Shown: piece by piece, positions 16,571 through 25,500 of the stretch
How the letters are laid out: each line of letters begins with the position of its first letter
Position numbering within the stretch: the first letter of the stretch is position 1
From: Nodularia phage vB_NspS-kac68v161
DNA: 32,000 nucleotides
Reading direction: 5' to 3' (one strand)
Sequence record: MK605245.1
Notes under the pieces: generated by a model
Database searches by the model: none
Seen by the model: only the letters and a program-made list of their open reading frames with translations
Told to the model about the DNA's origin: nothing
Made by a program: the position numbers and the translations under genes

Positions 16571-17266
16571 ATGACAGTAGAAAGAATCAGTCAGAAACGC
16601 GCATTTGGTCACGGTGACTCAGGTAAATCCAACTTACTCAATAACGAGCGCATTTACAAGGATGACGACGCTTGTAAAATCAATAGTGCTATAGAACATC
16701 TGAATAATCATATTCGCCTATTTTACAGCCGCTACAGTGTGAAATGTGTAGAGTTAAATGCTGTATTAAGTTGGCTCAAAGATAATATCTATCAAATAGG
16801 GGGTTTTGCCTTCTATAAGGGCAATACACATGAGAACCAATCACTTCCTGTTACGGTTTTGGAGTATTTAGAGCGCGCAACTGAGAAGTTTCACGAAGAT
16901 CCCCAGATTGGTATAGCGTCTGATTTTGTTGGACATACTTTAGAGAAATATATTTTACTCGATACCATAAGAGTAGCCATCCGTGACTTAGAAATTACAT
17001 GGGTAAGCTGGAAAGGTCACAGAATGGTTAATGAATATATCATTGACGAGGTGTTGGTAGAAGACCCAGTTAAAGCTCAACAAATAGCGATCGCTCGTCG
17101 CAACTATTCCCAATACTTGAATCGTCTTAGTTTATTTCTCTGGTTAGCTACCCGTCAGGAGTGCTACTTGTGCGGTGATTATGCTACTCAGGAATATTGG
17201 GATCGTGAGAGTAACGGCGAGAGTAAACCCCACGCTGCTTTGAATACTTTTATGGCTGCTGAGTAA
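16571..17266 (+). CDS. Divergent PduO-type ATP:cob(I)alamin adenosyltransferase
   Basis: N-terminal HGDSGKSNLLNNERIYKDDDACKINSAIEHLNNHI (family: TGDxGxTxLxxGxRxxKDDxxxEAxGxxDELNSxI). IRVAIRDLE retains R-x3-R-x2-E. C-terminal YLNRLSLFLWLATR (family: YLNRLSDLLFVLAR). Confidence 0.72.
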   Translation: MTVERISQKRAFGHGDSGKSNLLNNERIYKDDDACKINSAIEHLNNHIRLFYSRYSVKCVELNAVLSWLKDNIYQIGGFAFYKGNTHENQSLPVTVLEYLERATEKFHEDPQIGIASDFVGHTLEKYILLDTIRVAIRDLEITWVSWKGHRMVNEYIIDEVLVEDPVKAQQIAIARRNYSQYLNRLSLFLWLATRQECYLCGDYATQEYWDRESNGESKPHAALNTFMAAE

Positions 17267-17288
17267 GTAGTAATTACATCCAATTAAA

Positions 17289-17318
17289 AACCACCTGATT
17301 TGATCAAATCAGGTGGTT
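17289..17318. terminator. Bidirectional terminator between convergent genes
   Basis: Perfect 30-nt palindrome AACCACCTGATTTGATCAAATCAGGTGGTT with T-rich flank on + and on -. Confidence 0.8.
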
Positions 17319-17344
17319 CATTTGTTTTATACCTTATCTACACT

Positions 17345-18304
17345 TTAAGCAGTAACTCTAATTAAACCAGACTTATCTACCCACCAGCCTGGGACTTGGT
17401 AATCAATTGGTGCGCCTGGTTTATAGGTATTCTTAATTTTAGTGGGCGCTGACTTCCCTGCTGATATTTCTGGATGTAGTTTTCTAAATAGCTTGTCTGT
17501 CTCACAGAAAGTATTTTGAATATCCGCCACATTCAGAGGAATATTTAAACCATCTGCTTTAGCATAAGGATATTCCGACAAGTTAACCCATTCTAAAGCT
17601 GTTTTCGGTGCATATTCAGCATAGTCGAAGCTTACTTTACCCCCTGCGCGATGTATTAGCCCTAGCTTGAATGCTCCACGAACAGCACCAACACCTAAAG
17701 CATATAAGGGTTGAGTATCTTTAAAGCTTTCATGCCACAGCAGATCAAACACTACCTGACTGGCTAGAAAATCCCCAATTCCCTGTATTTTGGTTAGCTG
17801 CTCAAATAGCTGTGATCCTGACCTAATATTGAGTAGTTCACCATCTATATCAAGATTTAGAGATTTAGTTAAAGCTACAGTTCTTTCAGCTATAGCCTTG
17901 GCTTTTGGCTCTCCTGGATTACCCGGAGGAACCATGTAGGCTGTAGTGTATAGCTTACCTTCACCGGAATATTCACTAATCAACTGTGTAAATTGCTCAG
18001 GATTGAAAGTCTTTGTTTCAGGAAAATAATCTCTACTTTTAAGATATTCCCAGAAATGTATTGTTTTAAAGTGGTCAAATATAAACACTCTAAACAGTAG
18101 TTCTTCAGGTAATTGAGATCCTTTGTACATCACCTCTTTAAGCTGATACTGTGATGTACGATCATAAATTCTCTGAATATTCGTGTATTTTGCAGTTCCT
18201 AGTTTTGGCTCTCTGTATAGAGTATCGCTCAATTTCTTGAGGAAAGCTGATTGCCGTAAACTCACAAAGTCTGTGTAATCCTTTGTTAATTCTGTTTTAG
18301 TCAT
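17345..18304 (-). CDS. 5-hmdU DNA kinase helical-domain / alpha-glutamyl-putrescinyl thymine pyrophosphorylase-like protein (glycosylase-related fold)
   Basis: KYTNIQRIYDRTSQYQLKEVMY (family: YRFTNVYRxxDRxTQ), KLYTTAYMVPP, LTKIQGIGDFLASQVVFDLLW, LGVGAVRGAFKLG (family: GPGARRG), IPLNVADIQNTFCETDKLFR (family: dvExxLCExDKYxR). Confidence 0.75.
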   Translation of the reverse strand: MTKTELTKDYTDFVSLRQSAFLKKLSDTLYREPKLGTAKYTNIQRIYDRTSQYQLKEVMYKGSQLPEELLFRVFIFDHFKTIHFWEYLKSRDYFPETKTFNPEQFTQLISEYSGEGKLYTTAYMVPPGNPGEPKAKAIAERTVALTKSLNLDIDGELLNIRSGSQLFEQLTKIQGIGDFLASQVVFDLLWHESFKDTQPLYALGVGAVRGAFKLGLIHRAGGKVSFDYAEYAPKTALEWVNLSEYPYAKADGLNIPLNVADIQNTFCETDKLFRKLHPEISAGKSAPTKIKNTYKPGAPIDYQVPGWWVDKSGLIRVTA

Positions 18305-18376
18305 ATCCCTAATTTTAATGAGATTAAGAAACCTCTAGATACTCTAATCTGGAGATTGCCGTTTCTTATTCACTTG

Positions 18377-18460
18377 CTACCTACCCGATGCCCTACCTTT
18401 GCTTTTATCGTCATCCTCTTCATCGTCGCCAATATTGTTCACAAAGTCTAAACTTAGCAT
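18377..18460 (-). CDS. Very short acidic ORF, 27 aa (MLSLDFVNNIGDDEEDDDKSKGRASGR)
   Basis: ATG lies inside the ATGCTAA overlap with the stop of the 40-aa ORF upstream. Confidence 0.25.
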   Translation of the reverse strand: MLSLDFVNNIGDDEEDDDKSKGRASGR

Positions 18461-18576
18461 ATACCTAACCTCATCAAAAATATCAATCTTGCAGAAACGA
18501 AACAAGTAAAAGCTACTAGACACAGCAGAATCAGCATTAAATCTCTAATGCTACCTATGTTATTGGTTTGTTGCAT
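18454..18576 (-). CDS. Unlisted small transmembrane protein, 40 aa (MQQTNNIGSIRDLMLILLCLVAFTCFVSARLIFLMRLGIC)
   Basis: AAGGTAGACAAGATT before the ATG (good SD); one clear hydrophobic helix. Confidence 0.5.
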   Translation of the reverse strand: MQQTNNIGSIRDLMLILLCLVAFTCFVSARLIFLMRLGIC

Positions 18577-18642
18577 AATCTTGTCTACCTTGTTTCATCT
18601 ATATTACTTTTACTGATGTGAAATGTCAAATATTTTAGTAAT

Positions 18643-18656
18643 ACTGCTATAGCAGT
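18643..18656. promoter_or_regulatory. Palindromic operator-like site ACTGCTATAGCAGT in a divergent intergenic region
   Basis: Perfect 14-nt palindrome between divergent 18576(-) and 18721(+) starts. Confidence 0.4.
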
Positions 18657-18720
18657 GTGCATAACTGCATGGTTATATATCTATCAAATAATGTATGATG
18701 AAAAAGGTATACATTATTTT

Positions 18721-19329
18721 ATGAAGATGACTACAAAAGTAACATTACGTGGGCGTGAGTATCAGGCAGAACACCTAACAGACATTAACATTCTGCCTAT
18801 TTTAAATTTGTTCGTTGGCTCCAATGGTCGAGAACTACCTTATGTCGGTCTTGACATCTCTAAGTTAAGTCAGGAAATGAAAGCTGCTATCTCCAAACCA
18901 ATCATGGATAAGCTGAGTAAGGCATCAGTGTTGGATGACCTAGCACGATCACTTACCGCGATTTTCCCTACACTCCCCCCCGATCTAGTAGCGTACAGCC
19001 GGGATAGTTTTACTTTTAATCTTGAGATTAGTGAACTTCGTGATATTGCTTTAGCAGTTGGTGCAGCAATTAACGAGAAAAACAAAGACACCACAGTTAC
19101 ACCAGTATCAGAAACGGTGACGGCTGAAACACTTACTCAAACCTCGACCGCAACCTATACTCAGCAAGATATTGATGAAAAGCAGGTTAGATTGGTTGAT
19201 ATAGAACAAGAGTTGACTATATTGCGAGGATTACCAGATTTCCCTGGACGTAATAGCAGAATTGATAACCTGTCTGAGGAAGAGTTATCCCTGTCAGCAT
19301 GGCTTGGCAACGCTCAGAAAGTAGTGTAA
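18721..19329 (+). CDS. Protein upstream of the tape measure gene; possible tail assembly chaperone (start corrected from 18655)
   Basis: Position directly before the tape measure; MKMTTKVTLRGREYQAEHLTDINILPILN reads like a tail chaperone/core-tail accessory. No sequence motif is decisive. Confidence 0.4.
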   Translation: MKMTTKVTLRGREYQAEHLTDINILPILNLFVGSNGRELPYVGLDISKLSQEMKAAISKPIMDKLSKASVLDDLARSLTAIFPTLPPDLVAYSRDSFTFNLEISELRDIALAVGAAINEKNKDTTVTPVSETVTAETLTQTSTATYTQQDIDEKQVRLVDIEQELTILRGLPDFPGRNSRIDNLSEEELSLSAWLGNAQKVV

Positions 19330-19342
19330 CTACAGACACAAA

Positions 19343-19369
19343 AAACCCACCAGACAGCTAGGTGGGTTT
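19343..19369. terminator. Hairpin AAACCCACC/GGTGGGTTT
   Basis: 9-bp stem after 19329; T tract only on the minus strand. Confidence 0.5.
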
Positions 19370-19517
19370 AAGTATAAATTGATAGCGGAGTAAGTAAAAG
19401 CTAACATATATATATATAGACGCTCTATTGGACTAATTACCATTGCGGTTAAAACCTCTTGCGTCGCTTCCCTCTCAATATTAGAGTGATTGAGTTTACT
19501 ACTTATCAGGTGTTCTT

Positions 19518-22500
19518 ATGACTATCTCCACTATTGATAACGCGCTCCGTATAATTAGCAATAAAACGGCTGCTGCAGCATTAGAAGTTAATAAAGCTTT
19601 TAATCAATTTCCTGAAAATTTACAATTATCTTTAGATTATAGTAATAATTCTGATACAGAATCGGCTGAGACATTAGAGCAATCGGCGGGTACACAGCAA
19701 CCTATTGAAAATAGTCTATTAACTTCTAATCCTTTAGCGCAAATTGATTCTACTGAAACCCTACAACCTGACCAGATACAGTCTGAAACTGTTATCTCCC
19801 CTGAAACGCATCTGTTAAAAGATGCTAATAAGGTGCTGGTAGATTATTCTAGAAGCTCAGACAACGCTAAGCCTGACAAACCAGAACAGCTAGTCCAATC
19901 TAAGCAAGGTGAGGCAGTTAATGTATCACTATTCAGTCAGCCGGAACAGTACGAGCTAGCTGCAGAAAAATTGCAACCAACAGCAAATCCTTTACAAGTA
20001 GATATAACTGTTAACCCCATCAAGTCTGAACAGAAGTTGGATTCTGTAGCTCTAAGTAATGGCTCATTTACCGTTGAACAACTAAGAAATTCTAACCCAA
20101 CTGAGCGATCACTAGAAAATAAAGAAAATTCTCCAAAAGTTGATCAAAACCTATATCAGACTGCTAGTAACCCATCTGATGACGAGGCTCTAACTTTACC
20201 TGAAAATCTGGATGTAATTATCACTAATGGTGCTGATTTAGATACTAAATCTGACGACGTAATAAAAGCAGATAATCAGAAGGGCTATACACCAAATATT
20301 TCTCAACCTGGGGACAGTGCTTTACCAATAGTAACCAGCACTAATAGTGTCACAGTAAATCAGGACGCTATAGATATCACTACAGTGGGGAAAGCAGGAG
20401 GTCTAGAGCCGCATCAACTTACTGCTAATACCTTTACAGACTCATTATTACTATCCGAACCCGCAGATTTGAGCAGCAGCACTATTATAGCCGCAACTGA
20501 TAAAGTACCCAACCAAAACATAGCTTTAACCGCAACTAACCCGGCAAACGAACAGGCGGAAACCATCAGTGTATTAGGTGATGCAACTAAGGTAAACCCT
20601 GCAAACCTATCTGAAAATGTAGCCCAGATAACGACCATAGATAATTCAGGAAACATATCAAATCAGATTACTAACCAGGCTGCAAGCGATCGTACCACTA
20701 AGAATGATGCATCTGACATTAGCACTATAGGTATAGATGTAGACGAAACAGTCAAAAGCAACCTTAATGGTACTGATATAATATCCCTGACTCCTAATAG
20801 CCGTGGCGGTGGTGTTACTGGCGGCGATCAACCTATATCTGAAGTACAATCTGGTACTCTTATTAAGTCCGATAATTCAGAGGAATCAGTTGAGAAAGTA
20901 CAGGGGGTGTCAACTCCTGGTGCGCTTGCTGCTAACTTAGATGTAACACAGGAGAATCTAAACCTTTCACAGGATCTCAATAAACAAGTTGATACCACAA
21001 GCAGCCGTGAGAAGTCTACAAATTTAGACGTTGGGCTAGTGACATCAGCTTCGCCACAGTTAGTTACAAGTGCAGATGTTACGCAGTTAGTCGCCACAAC
21101 CCAAGAGGCTACAGACAAGGGGGGCGCACAGCCTGATCAGTTAAATTACTATTGGACTACTACCAATGTTGATGTAAAACAGCAGGGTAGTCAACCATCT
21201 CCAATCAGAAGCTCTCCTTTACCTACGGATAGTTCATCTCTAAGTCCCAACCCATATCTAGCGCCTGGATTCGCAATTGATGGTATAGATTACACTACTA
21301 CTACTGACCAGTTGGGTGCGGTAGAGCAGCCTGATCAAACCTATGTAGGTAGTCCTACTATATACAACCAGACTGAGCGTGCCATTAATGAAGACAGCAC
21401 AGCACTCAATAATCGAGAGATATCTACTTATGAAGATAACAAATCTGTAGAAAGGCAAAAACTTGATACAGGGTTGGGTGCTGAGTCATTTAGTGCTGAA
21501 AATAGCAGCAACACACAGTCATTCACAGATGACGCAGTGCTAGTTAGGGGTACAGTTATTATTCCCGGTAGTGACCTAAACGCTGCAGCTAATACGTATT
21601 TTGGTGCATCACAAACATCTGAATCTACATCACAATCTCTGACCACAGACGCTACTATCAAACAGTCAAAAACCGCAGATGACCTCACACCTGCAAGTAA
21701 CTTAGGCAGCTTTAACACAGCAGCAGGTGATAGCACTGAAGGTTTAGTAAATACTCTACTTACAACCAGCCAGTCTGAGAATTATACTACATCTCAGAAA
21801 TTAACAAGTGACTCAGGTATAAGTAGTAGTTCTGACGATCAGATGTTAACCAGCACAGATACTAATAGCTCAAGCACAGTTTCAACATCACTTGCGACCA
21901 GCCAAATAGTTACTGACGGTGCTGGTACTGATTACTTCCCTAATCTCTCACCAAGCGATCAAGCTGGTGTTAGTAATGTTGAGCAGGTTAACCTCTCTCA
22001 AATAGTGGCTGAAGTAGCTAGTGTCTCTCTTCCTAATACCACACCTAATATTGGTGAAAGTAATAGCCCAGATTATAAAACAACTTTACCTGGGCTGACT
22101 AAGATATCTAATCAGTTCGGTCAAGAGGTTTATAACACTACGCCCTTATTTAGTGACCTAAGCACATCAGATTTTCTACAGACCAGAGGGTATGCTTTTG
22201 GTGGTAAAGTTCTACCACCAATTTCTAACTCTGGGAGTAAACCTGTTGCTCCCAGTGATACTGTTCCAGCAATGCTTACCCCTGGTGAGTTTGTGGTTAA
22301 TGCTAAGGATGCACAGAAAAACTTACCACTGCTGCAACTACTCAATGAAGGTAAAAGCGTTGAAGAAGTCGTAGGTGCTGAAGAAAGGACTAAGGTAAGT
22401 CAGTCTAAGCCTGATACATCTCGCGTTCTCAAACCTACAGATTCAGCGTTCTCAGCCGAGTCTGTAAAAGTCCCTGTAATGTTGACTCCTGGTGAGTTCG

Positions 22501-25500
22501 TAATTAACTCAGAAGCAACACAGGAAAACTTAAACCTTTTACAGAATCTTAATAAAGGTAGTGATGTCACAAACAACAGTGAACAACTTACCAATTTAGA
22601 AGTCGGAAAAGCGATCGCTCCACCGCAACCCACAGTAAGTAGAGAAACTGTACAGCAACCAACTACAGGTGAGAAAACATTACAACTTGACTCAGCAAAG
22701 ACTAAGGAAACCGTTAGTACATCTAAACCACAAGAAAACCAACCCAAGTCAGTTGACATCGCCACACTGCCTGTAGACAACGCAGCTTTAAATTCTGACC
22801 CCAACCAAGTACAGGGCTATGCTTCTGGTGGTTTAGTTACTCCCTCGTCTGGTGGTACAGGTTCACCACCTCCTCCCCCACCTCCCACTACTGGTGGAAC
22901 CCCTAGTCAACCTGGAGGCTTTGATCCACAGCAGATTCTTAGATTAGCTCAATTTACAAAACAGGCTTACGCTGAAGCAGAAGCTTTAACTAGAGCATTG
23001 GGTGTACAGGCTAATACTGTGCAAAAAGCTCTTATAGCTATGAAAGCCTTGACTGCTGCTGGGGCTGATTACACTACTCAAGTAGATTTTTTGCGTAAGG
23101 CTCTAGGTATTACGCAATCACAGTTTGATACACTAACAGCTAAACAGGAAGAGTACGCAGAAGCGCAGAAACAGGTTGAACTAAACTCTCCACAAAGAGC
23201 CAGTAAAGTAGCATCATTGGCAAAGTCCACTGGTCAGACTTTTCAAGAGGCAGATGATCTTAGTGTTGATTTACAACTACCACCAGAAGTAATTGAAAAA
23301 GCAGTCCAATCTGTCGATAAACTGAAAAAGTCAGGGGCTGACGTTAACGAACAATTCCAGCTTCTCAATGATACTCTTGGGATTAATTTATCTCAGTTCG
23401 AGGAGATAGATAGAGTTCAGACTGAGGCTGAATTTAGGAGAATACAATCTGCTGAGGCTATAAAAAGAGCTAAAGAAGCTGCCCTAGCCATTGCCAAGGA
23501 AGAACAGGAACTTGCCAGAAGACCAGCACAAACGCTTAAACTTGCACAGGCGACCAAGCAGCCGTTCCAAGAAGCTGAACGATTTTCTCAGTCAGTCGGG
23601 TTGAATCCAGCTACTATCCTTGAAGCCTTAAATGCAATAAAGCAGTTACAACAGGCTGGGGCTAGTTTAATTGAGCAACAATCATTCTTAAATACTACTC
23701 TTGGGATAACAGACACACAATTCCAAGAGTTAATTGCTACCCAAGGCAGTTACACCGAAGATCAGAGAGCATTAGCAGAACAGACAGCTAGTGACGCACA
23801 AGCGATCGCCCAACAGCAGCAAGCCGAAAAAGAACGAATAAATGCTGCTAAAGCAGCACAACAAAAGAATAGCGCAACTATATCACTAGCATCTTCCACA
23901 GGTTTAACTTTTGATGAAGCTGCACAGAAATCGCAGTCTATTGGACTAGATCCAGCAGCAATACAGCAAGGTTTGGCAGTTATAGATCAGTTGAATGCTG
24001 TGAATGCTGACGCTGCTACCCAATATCAGGTATTAAGCTCTAGTATTGACCTAACAGAAGACCAGTTTGCAGAATTGCAACAGCTTCAACAGGAATTAGC
24101 ATCTCAGTCATCTGGTGATGGTGGTGGGTTCCTTGGTAGCCTAAGAGATAATGCTAAGGGTGTCTTTGATGGCGTATCTAAAATAGGGTTTGCTTTTCAG
24201 GGTGTTCAAGCAATAGTTGCAACGTTCAGAGCGCAATTATCCGGTGCTTATGATAAGTTAGTTCAGCAAAATGTCACTTTACAAGAGCAGTTACTAGGTA
24301 CACAAGCGAGTTTAGCCGCTACTAACAAAGTAATTGCTAACGGTCTAGAAATTAAAGATCCAACCAAAGCAATCCAAGCATTAGAAAAGCCGCTTGCAGA
24401 TGCGATCGCTCGTCTTCGAGAATCTTCACTCGACCTTGTAGGCGTTACTAGTGCGGATTTAATACCTATATTTCAGTTCATCGCTCAAGAATCAGCAAAT
24501 ATAGGGGCTAGTCTAAGTGATAGTTCTGACTTAACAGTGTCCTTTGCTGCTGCGATGGGTACTCTTAAAATACCACTTTTTCAGGCACAGCAGGAGATTT
24601 TAAGTATTCTCCAGGGTCAGATCAGCATGGACTCTCAGTTAGCCAAGAATATTGGCTTGAACAATGAGATGGTGAACAAGTGGAAAGCTCAGGGTGTGCT
24701 GGTTGAGAGGTTAAATGAGCGGTTAGCAGCGTTCGCATCTGGTAATAAATTAGCAGCGCAAACTATTGATGGTATTGGCTCCAACATTCAGGAAATTCTA
24801 GATGAGGTTACAAGATTAGCGGGTGAACCGTTACTAGACCCAATAGTTAAGCAGTTGGGTTTACTCTATGATTTCCTCAAAGATAATAAGGAGGAACTGG
24901 CGGCTGTAATCAGTGACGCTATTAACTTTTTCCTTACAGTTGGAGATAGTCTAGCCTTAGTAATCGAAGGATTAAAACCTGTATTTGAGTCATTAGCGTC
25001 AATTGGGTTAGATACTTTTTCTGCTGCTGGTCAGTTGGCAGCATCTGTAATCAACTCACTAATAGCTGTTTTAGTAGCTATGACACCTGTGCTTGCTTCA
25101 CTGCTGGGGATCATTTTGCCAGTAATAGAAGCACTTGCAGAATTCGCAGCTACGGATGTAGGTCAGATACTTTTGCAGGTTGTTCTTTCAGTCACATTAC
25201 TCAGTAACTCCCTAGTCGTCCTTAAAGTTACCTTAGTTGCTGCAAACGTAGTCCTTACACTCTTCACTACTGCTCTAGCAGCAAGTGGTGGTGGTTTGGT
25301 TGGCTTTCTTGTTGCTTTAACTAAAGTTTATCCTGGGTTAGTACTATTTACGGCTATGGTCGCTAAGGCGGGTGGTGGTATCGTTGGATTCACAGCAGCT
25401 TTAGGGGCATCCTTACTGCCGATAGTTGTTGCTGCTGCTCCGTTTGTCGGGCTTGCTATCGCCGTGGGTTCAGTTCTTGCCTTGATATCTGCTGGTATGG

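Noticed and set aside
19398-19416. TA-rich microsatellite (acatatatatatatag)
   Set aside because: Short AT-rich tract with no distinguishing feature; common in AT-rich intergenic DNA.
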